Shown in pieces: positions 9,736-19,144 of a stretch of 64,000 nucleotides of DNA; within the stretch, counting starts at the first letter, position 1; every line of letters starts with the position of its first letter. The stretch comes from Candidatus Onthovivens merdipullorum (GTDB taxonomy: Bacteria > Bacillota_I > Bacilli_A > RFN20 > CAG-826), in the NCBI GenBank assembly GCA_017694345.1, contig JADIMY010000117.1, forward strand, positions 17,865 through 81,864, given 5' to 3'. The translations under genes were made by a program, and so were the position numbers. The notes beneath the pieces were generated by a model, which did not search any database, was not told the DNA's origin, and worked only from the letters and a program-made list of their open reading frames with translations.

Positions 9736-11280
9736 CTAAAAATGAATAATTTGTGCATCATTTTCTTCCATTAAGCTTCTTCTAGCAACCATATTAAGAC
9801 GCTTAGATTTAATAATGCTTACTAAACCTAAAATCTCGATCATTAAAGTTGGTAAAATTTGAATTAAACCTAATACACCAAACCCACTTCCGTCAGCACT
9901 ATTTTGACTAGCATATATCCCTATTACAAGTGGCAAAACAAAACAACTAGACATAGGACCAGTTGCTACGCCACCACTATCAAAACCTATACCAACATAA
10001 ATATCTGGAACAAATATCGCAAGTATAATCGTTAATAAATAAATCGGGACATAATAATAAAGTATACTAAAATCATTTCCCCAAATCGCTCTAATTACCG
10101 ATAAAACAATAGCAATACTAACTCCAAGTGCTAAAGCAATATATAATGCTCTTTTACTAATGGTACCAGTTGAAACTTCTTCAACTTGATGAGCTAAAAC
10201 TTTAATTGCAGGTTCAACTAAAACAATCGAAATACCAATTACTAAAGCAATAATAATTAATATATAAGAATAATTTAAACCACCATCTATGATTCCTTTT
10301 CCTAAACCAAAACCAATTGGAATTAAGCCAATATTTGCAGCAATTAAAAACATTGCTATGCCAATATATGAACATAAAAATCCTAAAAAAATCTTTCCTA
10401 ATTCTTTAAGTTTTAATCTAATAAAAATAAGCTGATAAATTAAAAATATTAAAGCGATAGGTAAAATTGCAAATAGACATTCTTTTAATACACTCACTAA
10501 TGTTTCGACAAAACTAGGATCGGTATCGATAGAATTCTTTATATCATCAAATGCTCCACTATTTTGAATAAATAAAAACATTAATAAAATTGTAATGATA
10601 GGTCCAATCGAACAAAAACCAGAAACGCCAAAAGAATCACTATTATTATTTTTACCACCTCTAACACTAGCAACACTTGCTCCAAATGTCAGTAAAAAAG
10701 GAATAGTTATTGGTCCTGCTGTAACTCCGCTACTATCAAAAGCAATTTCAATAATTGCCCCATGACTACCGAATAAACAAGCTAATGCAAATATTATAAA
10801 GTGAAATAAAATAATCCAGAGTTTCATTGACTTTTGAAAAATAATTCTAAGTAGACCAAAAGCTAAAAATAAACCAACTCCAACTCCGACAACTATTTTA
10901 AAAATCCAGGCATTAAAAAATTTACCAACCAAATCACCTAAAACAGTTAAATCTGGCTCAGCAATTGTAATAAACATTCCTAGTAAAATTGCTAAAAAAA
11001 CAATTAAAAATATTTTCTTCTTTTTAGTAATAGATGCCCCTATATAACTTCCTACTTTAGCCATTGATGACTCACTACCTAAAGAAAATAAAGTAGTACC
11101 AAGTCCTAAAAAGACCATACATAACAAAAATATTCCAAAATTAGCTGGCTCAATAACGACACTAGGAAACATTGGAGTGTATTGTAAGCCAAATAAAATA
11201 GATATAATTACAACAATTGGAATCAAAGATAAAAATGATTCTTCTAAAGTTTTTATTAAATTTCTTGCTTTCTCTAACAT
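9736..11280 (-). CDS. polytopic membrane protein, internally duplicated (DUF1538-like)
   Basis: The 514-aa ORF has about 12 predicted TM helices, and its two halves are clearly similar (GSGFGVLGL vs SFGVSGFCS; GFDSGGVATGP vs FDSSGVTAGP). It is co-directional with the two PII-like genes. Confidence 0.55.
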   Translation of the reverse strand: MLEKARNLIKTLEESFLSLIPIVVIISILFGLQYTPMFPSVVIEPANFGIFLLCMVFLGLGTTLFSLGSESSMAKVGSYIGASITKKKKIFLIVFLAILLGMFITIAEPDLTVLGDLVGKFFNAWIFKIVVGVGVGLFLAFGLLRIIFQKSMKLWIILFHFIIFALACLFGSHGAIIEIAFDSSGVTAGPITIPFLLTFGASVASVRGGKNNNSDSFGVSGFCSIGPIITILLMFLFIQNSGAFDDIKNSIDTDPSFVETLVSVLKECLFAILPIALIFLIYQLIFIRLKLKELGKIFLGFLCSYIGIAMFLIAANIGLIPIGFGLGKGIIDGGLNYSYILIIIALVIGISIVLVEPAIKVLAHQVEEVSTGTISKRALYIALALGVSIAIVLSVIRAIWGNDFSILYYYVPIYLLTIILAIFVPDIYVGIGFDSGGVATGPMSSCFVLPLVIGIYASQNSADGSGFGVLGLIQILPTLMIEILGLVSIIKSKRLNMVARRSLMEENDAQIIHF

Positions 11281-11282
11281 AT

Positions 11283-12209
11283 TTATTTAACTAATTTGCT
11301 AAATTCTTTAGGTAAGACCTTGCAAAACCTCATTATTTTTTTAGAAATTGGATGAATAAAAGACAATTCATATGCATCTAAACACAGTCTATTAATTGGA
11401 TTAGGTGGCTCCCCATATTTATCGTCTCCTAAAACATAATGACCTAAACTTCCTAATGTTACTCTTATTTGATTTTTTCTACCTGTTTCAATATGCACAT
11501 CGACTAAACTATATTCTTTATTTTCTTTAAGAACTTTATAATTAGTAATACATTTTAATGAATTCTTTTTATCTTTAGTAACATACATTAAATTAAGGGA
11601 ATTTTGTCTTAAATAATTTTCAATACGTCCTTCTTTTTCTTTAAATACACCTTCACAAACAGCGTAGTATCCTCTAGTTTTAACTAATGTATTCCAATCT
11701 TTTTGAAGTAAATTTCTTAATTTTTCATTTTTTGCAAACATTAATATACCACTAGTTTCTTTATCGATCCTATGCACAACAAATATACGGTTATGTTTAT
11801 CTTTTTGTTGGACATAATCCATTACCATTCGATAGGCAGTACTTGATTTTTCTTTATCGCTAGCAATAGAAAGTAATCCATAAGGTTTATCTATTACAAT
11901 AAATTCATCATCTTCATAAATAATAGGTAAATTACTTCTTTCTTTCTTTTTTATAGGTCTTTTTGAGATTATTAAAGCATCACCTTTACTTAAAGAAAAA
12001 TCAAATTGAGAAATAGGAGCTCCATCAATTGAAACTAAATGATGTGATAATAAATTTTTAGCATTATTTCTACTAAAACCTAAATTATTAGTTAAGTAAT
12101 CTAATAATAATGAATTTTCTTTTACTACATATTGTTTTATATCTAATTTTTTAGGTTTTGAGTTATTTTCTTTTCTATTTTTTAAGTTTTCTTTATAGTT
12201 TTTATTCAT
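11283..12209 (-). CDS. RluA-family 23S rRNA pseudouridine synthase (RluD-like)
   Basis: It has an S4 domain plus the catalytic HRIDKETSG motif. I chose the ATG at 12209 (MNKNYKE...), giving an 8-nt overlap with the upstream gene end. Confidence 0.8.
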   Translation of the reverse strand: MNKNYKENLKNRKENNSKPKKLDIKQYVVKENSLLLDYLTNNLGFSRNNAKNLLSHHLVSIDGAPISQFDFSLSKGDALIISKRPIKKKERSNLPIIYEDDEFIVIDKPYGLLSIASDKEKSSTAYRMVMDYVQQKDKHNRIFVVHRIDKETSGILMFAKNEKLRNLLQKDWNTLVKTRGYYAVCEGVFKEKEGRIENYLRQNSLNLMYVTKDKKNSLKCITNYKVLKENKEYSLVDVHIETGRKNQIRVTLGSLGHYVLGDDKYGEPPNPINRLCLDAYELSFIHPISKKIMRFCKVLPKEFSKLVK

Positions 12210-13164
12210 CTTTATATGGTAATAAATGGGCAGCCCCAATAATTCCTGCATCATTTCCTAATGTTGCTATAACGATATCAACTTTAGGACTATTACGATA
12301 TCCATAATGTCTATCTTCACAATATTTTATAACTTTATTTAAAAGATACTCTTTTTGATTAGAAATACCTCCTCCAATTACTACAACATTAGGTCTAAAA
12401 ATATTACAAAAATTTAAGATGCCTTCGCCTAAATATTTAATATAAGTGTCAACAACAATATTAGCAGCTTTATCGCCTTTTTTAGCACATTCAAAGGAAG
12501 TTAATCCATTCACATTATCTAAAGAATTATTAGCGTATTCCCACATTAAAGATTCTTTATGTTCATACATTATTTTTTTAGTTAAATAAATCAAAGCACT
12601 AGCACTAGCATAAACTTCAAAACATCCTTTTCTACCGCAAGAACAATCTCGACCATCAACAACAATAACATGATGTCCAAGTTCAGCACCTTTTCCTTCA
12701 ATTCCTTCAAAAAGTTTATTGTCGATGACTACTCCTCCACCAACGCCTGTTCCTAAAGTTAATAAAATAACATCACTTTTTCCTTTAGCTGCACCAAATT
12801 TTTGTTCGGCAAGACAAGCAACATTAGCATCATTAGATAAATAAATCTCAACTCCTAAATCTTTTAAATATTCTTTTAAAGGAACATATTCAAATCCAAG
12901 ATTACATGCGTAATCTATAGTTCCTAACTTGTTATTTACTACTCCGGGTATACCAAAACCAACACCAGTCACTTTTAAATCGTTTTCTTTAGCGATATTT
13001 ATTAATTCAATAAGTTGTTCTTTAATAAGCTTTAAAAAAGCAAGTTGACCTTCTTTTTGATTAGTTTTTCTAGTATTTCTAAATAAAATATTTCCTTTAG
13101 AATCTACAACTCCTGCTTTTATACTCATTCCACCAACATCGACACCAATATTTACGCTTTTCAT
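12202..13164 (-). CDS. glcK: ROK-family glucokinase
   Basis: It has the ROK signature, the zinc motif CSCGRKGCFE and an N-terminal ATPase motif (GVDVGGMSIKAGVV). Confidence 0.8.
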   Translation of the reverse strand: MKSVNIGVDVGGMSIKAGVVDSKGNILFRNTRKTNQKEGQLAFLKLIKEQLIELINIAKENDLKVTGVGFGIPGVVNNKLGTIDYACNLGFEYVPLKEYLKDLGVEIYLSNDANVACLAEQKFGAAKGKSDVILLTLGTGVGGGVVIDNKLFEGIEGKGAELGHHVIVVDGRDCSCGRKGCFEVYASASALIYLTKKIMYEHKESLMWEYANNSLDNVNGLTSFECAKKGDKAANIVVDTYIKYLGEGILNFCNIFRPNVVVIGGGISNQKEYLLNKVIKYCEDRHYGYRNSPKVDIVIATLGNDAGIIGAAHLLPYKDE

Positions 13165-13261
13165 ATTCTTACCTCAAGTGCTTTAATTATAAATTAATTC
13201 AATATTTTATTTAAGATTTAAAATAAAAAATTTTACATATTTTTACTAATTTAAAGAATAT

Positions 13262-13307
13262 AAAAGCCTCTAAATCTAGAAAAATAACTGAGATCTAGAG
13301 GCTTTTT
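13262..13307. terminator. probable bidirectional rho-independent terminator
   Basis: The sequence AAAAGCCTCTA...TAGAGGCTTTTT forms a GC-containing stem flanked by an A-run and a T-run. It lies between the lipoprotein operon end and the glcK start. Confidence 0.4.
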
Positions 13308-13346
13308 AATTAAAAACTACCCTTAAATAGTTTTTAAAAGGAGGGA

Positions 13347-15479
13347 CTATCTATAAATACCGATTAATAAGTAGTAACTAGTTACATCATTATTAGTACT
13401 TTCTCCAGTTGCTCCATAATAATATGTATTTGTTGTGGTTTCTTTATAAAATTCAATACCACTAGAATTAGTACCAGCATTAGCGTAACCACTATTATTA
13501 AGAGCTTCATAATATTTATTATAAGCTTCTTCTGCTTCTTCTAAAGTATCGTAATATAAAGTTAAATTAACTCTATTATTAGTTCCATCGTAGTATTGAC
13601 TAACAGTAACAGGTTTATAATCTGTTTCACCTATTAAAGTTTCTAGTCCAGGGACTACTAGGTTTTCATTTTGTAAACGAGCTTTAATCTTATTAATAAC
13701 ATCATTATATCCCGTTGTTACATTAGTTGTAGCATTATAATAAATTTGCACTGTCATTTTTTGAGAATCACTATCGTAAATAACAATAATTGTGTAATAT
13801 CCATCAACACTATTAAATGTTGGGCAACTTGTATTTTCGAAAACTGTATCACTAACTCTTTCCCATTCATTAGTATTTACTAAAGTTTCTAAATATGCGT
13901 TATATGTTTCGGTAGTTACTTCAGTTCCAATTATATAATATGTATAAGAAATGCTTGATGACCCGTTATTTAAATAGCCACTTCCATAGCTATATGCATC
14001 AAATTTAGGAATATTAGTAATTGTTCCTCCACCAATATTTTGATTTCTAAACCAAACGGAAGCTCTATCAAAAGCTGTATCGTGATGGAAATATACTACG
14101 GTTGCTATAGATGTATTTAAATCAATGTATCTATCTTCTTCATAGTATTGAATTCTAATACCATACTCTTCAGTAGGACTATAACAAGTATAACTATAGT
14201 AATTAGATAAATCGGACATCGATATATTCCATCCCTTTTCTTCTAAATCGAGCATAATATTATCTAATTGTTTTGTAGTTAAACCAAAAATATTTAATCC
14301 AGGGCCAGTATAAGATGAATAAGTATAACCTAATATAACTCCATAAAGTTTTGCACCGTCAAATAAAGGATAAGTATCTGTAGGATATTCAAAATTTGTA
14401 TATTCGGCATAACTTTCACTAAGAGATTCTTCATCAATACTAGAAGTTGCTACACTATAAGTTGCAATATAAAGCATTTCATTAGTAACACCTTCTAAAT
14501 TTCGAAATAAAGGAACATTACTAACACTACCAATCTGTGTTACAGCACTACCGAATTGATCCACATACATATTAGTTCCAGCTAATTGGAAATTATTATT
14601 TTCTAAATAATCTCCTAAACTCGTAACAGGGTCTAAATCGCTACTTTTTGGAGTATAAAAAATTGTCTTAAAAGTAATATCGCCATTAGTAACTTCTCTA
14701 GTTAAAAACTTATTATCAATATTATCTTTATCATTTTCAGCTAACAGAAAAGAATCATCATTTATGTACAGTGAATAATCAATCCCAGCAAAATTACTAG
14801 CAAAATATTTGCTAGGAAATTTGCCTATTTCATCATTAAACCTATAAGAAACTACTAGATTTCTACTACTTTCATCACAATTTAATTCTAGTAAGTAACT
14901 TTCTGTAGTATCTAAATATGTATTATCACTTACTAAAGTATAATGATAATCATCGACTAAATTTTGCAAATAAGTATCATATGTAGATTGCGAAACATTT
15001 TCAAAAGTAAAAGAATTCAAATTTGTTTTATCTACACTAATACGATCAGTTTTAAGTAAAGGGATGGGAGAAATATCTAATGTTTCGTAAGTTCCTAAAT
15101 AAGAAGAAACTGTTTCTTTTACTTCACTAGGAAAATCTTTATAAGCAATCCCAGCATAAACTTGGATGTCTTCATTTATAGGTGTGTCATAAGAAAAAAC
15201 ATTTACATCATTTTCTCCTCTATTTAACTCATTAGCATCTTGAATTGTGTAATACCATCCTTCAAGTTCATATTTATCATCACTAATAAAATCATCTAAT
15301 TCACTTGTATCAGTAGTTACATCATAAATAGTTTCACCTTTAGGAACATTTATTTTAAAATTTTCACCAGTTTGTAAATTAGAAAATAAAACTTCATAAG
15401 TCTCACTTTCGTTATTGCAAGAGGCTAAGCCTCCAAGAAGGCTTAGTCCTAATATTGGAATTATTTTTTTAAATTGCAT
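13347..15479 (-). CDS. surface lipoprotein with Listeria-Bacteroides-type repeat, Y/N/T-rich
   Basis: It has a signal peptide with lipobox LASC (MQFKKIIPILGLSLLGGLASC) and the GWY repeat motif (YELEGWYYT). It is 710 aa, with GGAGGT 8 nt upstream. Confidence 0.7.
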   Translation of the reverse strand: MQFKKIIPILGLSLLGGLASCNNESETYEVLFSNLQTGENFKINVPKGETIYDVTTDTSELDDFISDDKYELEGWYYTIQDANELNRGENDVNVFSYDTPINEDIQVYAGIAYKDFPSEVKETVSSYLGTYETLDISPIPLLKTDRISVDKTNLNSFTFENVSQSTYDTYLQNLVDDYHYTLVSDNTYLDTTESYLLELNCDESSRNLVVSYRFNDEIGKFPSKYFASNFAGIDYSLYINDDSFLLAENDKDNIDNKFLTREVTNGDITFKTIFYTPKSSDLDPVTSLGDYLENNNFQLAGTNMYVDQFGSAVTQIGSVSNVPLFRNLEGVTNEMLYIATYSVATSSIDEESLSESYAEYTNFEYPTDTYPLFDGAKLYGVILGYTYSSYTGPGLNIFGLTTKQLDNIMLDLEEKGWNISMSDLSNYYSYTCYSPTEEYGIRIQYYEEDRYIDLNTSIATVVYFHHDTAFDRASVWFRNQNIGGGTITNIPKFDAYSYGSGYLNNGSSSISYTYYIIGTEVTTETYNAYLETLVNTNEWERVSDTVFENTSCPTFNSVDGYYTIIVIYDSDSQKMTVQIYYNATTNVTTGYNDVINKIKARLQNENLVVPGLETLIGETDYKPVTVSQYYDGTNNRVNLTLYYDTLEEAEEAYNKYYEALNNSGYANAGTNSSGIEFYKETTTNTYYYGATGESTNNDVTSYYLLIGIYR

Positions 15480-15495
15480 ATTAATTTACCTCCAG

Positions 15496-18400
15496 TTATA
15501 AGGTAAATGAACCATCTGAGCAAGTAACAGTTACATTATTTGCCGCTGGAATTCCACAATTTCTATTTGCTTCAAGTACAGCTCTAGCTTGTTCCATTGT
15601 TCCATTAAATGTAATTTCACTTAGATTTGTACAACTCGAGAAAACATAGCTTTCTATCGTAATTTCAGGATTTTCGAAAGTTAATTTAGTTAAACTTGAA
15701 CATCCAGAAAACGCATAAGTTGCAACATCTGTAACATTAGCTGGGAGTACAATTTCTGTTAAAGATTTACAATTATAGAACATCCTATTTGATATAGAAG
15801 TAAAGTTTTCATTTGTTGGCAAAGCAATAGATTGCAAAGCACTTCCTTCAAATGCACTACTTCCAATTTCTGTTACTCCACTAATATCAAAATTCAATGT
15901 TTGTAGTGATGTAGTCGATTTAAATGCAGAACTTTGTATTATTTTTAATTGTCCAACTTCAAGTCCTTCAATAGTAGTAAAGTCAGCACAAGAATCAAAT
16001 GTTTGAGTTGGGATTTCGCTAAATGTAGGATCTTCAACTTTTAATTTAACTAAGCTACTATGAGCAAATATTTGTGATCCATCAAGTTTTTGACCTGCTT
16101 TTAATGTAAATTCCGTAATTCCAGTTCCATAAAATGCGTAATTATCAAAACTAGTGATAGTTGCAGGTAATTCAGATAAATTTAAGCTTGAACAATTATA
16201 AAACATCATTCCGCTTATTACTGTTAAATTAGCTGGTAAAGTAACACTTGTTAATTTAGTACACCCATTAAATATACCTGTTCCAATATCGACTAAACTA
16301 TCAGGTAGAACTATAGAAACTAAGCCAGTATTACTGAAAACATTATTTCCTAAAGTAGTTAAAGTATTTGGTAAAGTTATACTTTCTAAAGCATTACATC
16401 CATAAAATGCATACTCTTCGATAGTGGTTAACCCATTTGGTAATCCAACAGTAGCTAAATTTGAACATTCATTGAATAAATAGCTTGGTATAACTTCTCT
16501 AGTTCCAATAAATGTTGCGCTAGTTAATTGAGAACATCCATAAAATACGCTCGTATCTAATGTAGCATTTTCAGGAATTGTAACTTCAGTTAACCCTGTA
16601 GTTCTAAATGCACTATTTCCAATTGTAGTAAGTGTCGCAGGAAGTGTCATATTTATTAAATGCGAACAACCATTAAATGCATCTTTTCCAATAACTTGTA
16701 AATTTGTTAATTTAGAAATATCAACAGTTTCTAAAGTTGTACATCTTTTAAACATTGATTCACTAATAGTTGTAAATTCAGGATTATTAAATGTAGCTTT
16801 TGTTAATCCACTACAAGAACTAAACACTGACTCATTAGTTAATCCAGTATTATAAATAACTTCATTAATATTTGAACAAGAATTAAAAGCACTAGCTCCT
16901 AAATAAGTTAAGTCACTATTTAAAGTAACTGTCCCAGTAATACCTTTACAACTACTAAAGGCACTATCACCAATATATGTTAAGCTAGAAGGAACATTCA
17001 TTGTTTCTACCTTACTCATATTTTGGAAAGCTTGATTAGCAACTTCTTTTAAAGTATCTGGCAATGTCACACTACCAGTAACTCCACTCATACCATAGAA
17101 AGCTCTTTCTCCTACTTTTTCTAAATTAGAAGATAAAACTAATGATGTAATCTTGCTTTTTCCACTTAAGAAATAAGGATTAACTTCTTTAACAGTATCT
17201 GGCATCACATAACTTGTGGCTGTATTTTTAATATCAAGCCAGAATAAAGCTTTAGTTTGATCTTTGTTATAAACAGCAAGACCATCTTCTCCAATACTAA
17301 TCTTAGTATTATTTTCACTTACTTTGATTTCAGCTAAATTACTACAACCATTAAATATATCACTACCGAAGTTTTCCATATTTGCGCCAAAGGTAAACGA
17401 AATTATTCCAGAACAGCTCTTGAAAGCTCCATCACCAATAGTAGTAACACTATCAGGCATAACTAAAGTTCTTTGCATGTCCTTTTTACTAATTGTAGAT
17501 TGAAAGGCATAATTCCCAATTTCTTCTAATTTATCATTAAATTCGAAGTGTGTACCTTCATTATCATAAATTCTACAAGTATAGAATGCATAATCATCAA
17601 TTTTTGTAACATTAGCTCCAAATACAATTGTTCTAAAACTATAAATATTTTTAAATGCATAAGGAGCGATCTCTATAACCTCATCACGAATCGTATATGA
17701 CGTATTAGGAATTACTTCACCATTTTCATCTTTTCCTAAATAAAAAGGAACTCTTACAAGTATTTTCTTTCCAGCAGTATATAAAACTCCATCTTCATCA
17801 ACTTCATAATTAGTACATCCTGGAGTTAATCCAAATGCTTTAATCATACCACTAGAATTGCTTATATTACCAAAAGCATTTCCAATTGCTTCAATAGTCA
17901 TATTTTGTCCAATATTTACATATTGAAGTGAACCACAGCCAGTAAAACAATCTTCACCAACATTAGTTAATGAGTTAGGAAATGTTACTTCTACTAATTT
18001 TGAGCAACTTTGGAAAACACTTTCACCCAAAGTAGTTAAACTTGTTTCTTTATCAGCTTGGAAATCTACGCTTACTAAATTAGTACAACTTTGGAAAGCT
18101 GAATCAGCAATTGTAACCACACTTGTTGGAATTAATAAATTTGTAAGAGCTTTACAATTTTTAAAAGCACTATCGCCAATTGAAACTAAACCTTCATTTA
18201 ATGTTAAGGTTTCCATTTTTTCATTGTAATAAAAAGCATTAGCACCAATTTCTTTAATATTTGCCCCTAAAGTTACAGAAGTAATTTTTCTACCATAACT
18301 TCCTGAAGTATTTGCATAAAAAGCCTCTTCTCCAATTGCAACAATTGGTAAACCTTGGAATGTATCAGGAATTACAAGGTCTGTATGAGGATTACCTTCT

Positions 18401-19131
18401 AGATCAGTTTCACTTGCTCCAATTACGATATAGCCAGTTCGATCACCATTTAAAGCATATGTAAATAATCCATCACTATTACTTGCTTCTCTAGCTTCAT
18501 AATGAGCTACTAAAGTTGTATCTTCACTAAAAGTAAAAGTAGCTAAATCGATTAAAGTTTCAGTTTCATCTCCTTCTAGATACCATCCATCAAAAACATA
18601 ATAATATTCTTCATCAGGAGCTCTACTAGGAGTAACACCATCATAAGTAGTTGTCGAATTTTCTAAAATATTGGCATCAGTTTCTAAAACTGTTCCATCA
18701 TAATTTAAAAAAGTAACAGTAACCTTTTCTTTATCTCTAACAGTAATATTAAAACTTACACTTTTATAATCAGGGTCACTTGCTAAACTTACAGTAACTT
18801 CTATCGAATCACTAACTTCATTAAGTAAAGTTCCACTTGGTATAGATAAAATTAAGTCACTATCACTTACTGTTACTGGACTAGATTTAACTCCATCTAC
18901 TACCTCATATCTTTGAACTGAAATTCCAGCACTAGAAAAATATTCACCAACTACATAATTAAGTTTAGTAGGAGCACTAACTAAGACCAAATATTTTCCA
19001 TCTTCTTCAGTTTCTCCTCCAACTGGATCTTCTTGTGTGTTTTGATTATCTCTACATCCACTTAATAATCCACTACCTAAAACAAGTAAAGAACTTAACC
19101 CTAAAACGACTAATTTTTTATTTCTTTTCAT
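15496..19131 (-). CDS. large surface lipoprotein with BspA-type leucine-rich repeats
   Basis: The 1211-aa ORF has lipobox LLSGC, an N-terminal Ig-like region, a List-Bact repeat (YVFDGWY) and more than 20 tandem ~23-aa LRR_5-like units (xLxxVxIPxxVTxIGxxAFxxC). Confidence 0.75.
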   Translation of the reverse strand: MKRNKKLVVLGLSSLLVLGSGLLSGCRDNQNTQEDPVGGETEEDGKYLVLVSAPTKLNYVVGEYFSSAGISVQRYEVVDGVKSSPVTVSDSDLILSIPSGTLLNEVSDSIEVTVSLASDPDYKSVSFNITVRDKEKVTVTFLNYDGTVLETDANILENSTTTYDGVTPSRAPDEEYYYVFDGWYLEGDETETLIDLATFTFSEDTTLVAHYEAREASNSDGLFTYALNGDRTGYIVIGASETDLEGNPHTDLVIPDTFQGLPIVAIGEEAFYANTSGSYGRKITSVTLGANIKEIGANAFYYNEKMETLTLNEGLVSIGDSAFKNCKALTNLLIPTSVVTIADSAFQSCTNLVSVDFQADKETSLTTLGESVFQSCSKLVEVTFPNSLTNVGEDCFTGCGSLQYVNIGQNMTIEAIGNAFGNISNSSGMIKAFGLTPGCTNYEVDEDGVLYTAGKKILVRVPFYLGKDENGEVIPNTSYTIRDEVIEIAPYAFKNIYSFRTIVFGANVTKIDDYAFYTCRIYDNEGTHFEFNDKLEEIGNYAFQSTISKKDMQRTLVMPDSVTTIGDGAFKSCSGIISFTFGANMENFGSDIFNGCSNLAEIKVSENNTKISIGEDGLAVYNKDQTKALFWLDIKNTATSYVMPDTVKEVNPYFLSGKSKITSLVLSSNLEKVGERAFYGMSGVTGSVTLPDTLKEVANQAFQNMSKVETMNVPSSLTYIGDSAFSSCKGITGTVTLNSDLTYLGASAFNSCSNINEVIYNTGLTNESVFSSCSGLTKATFNNPEFTTISESMFKRCTTLETVDISKLTNLQVIGKDAFNGCSHLINMTLPATLTTIGNSAFRTTGLTEVTIPENATLDTSVFYGCSQLTSATFIGTREVIPSYLFNECSNLATVGLPNGLTTIEEYAFYGCNALESITLPNTLTTLGNNVFSNTGLVSIVLPDSLVDIGTGIFNGCTKLTSVTLPANLTVISGMMFYNCSSLNLSELPATITSFDNYAFYGTGITEFTLKAGQKLDGSQIFAHSSLVKLKVEDPTFSEIPTQTFDSCADFTTIEGLEVGQLKIIQSSAFKSTTSLQTLNFDISGVTEIGSSAFEGSALQSIALPTNENFTSISNRMFYNCKSLTEIVLPANVTDVATYAFSGCSSLTKLTFENPEITIESYVFSSCTNLSEITFNGTMEQARAVLEANRNCGIPAANNVTVTCSDGSFTL

Positions 19132-19144
19132 AATTATTACCTCA

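Noticed and set aside
13337-13350. Plus-strand AAGGAGGG that looks like an RBS.
   Set aside because: No start codon or ORF follows. It is the coding 3' end of the minus-strand lipoprotein gene.
15496-19131. Tandem periodic sequence that could be mistaken for a CRISPR array or satellite repeat.
   Set aside because: The periodicity (~69 nt) is the coding repeat of LRR units inside one long ORF. There are no spacer-like unique segments or conserved direct repeats. No CRISPR array or cas genes occur anywhere in the window.
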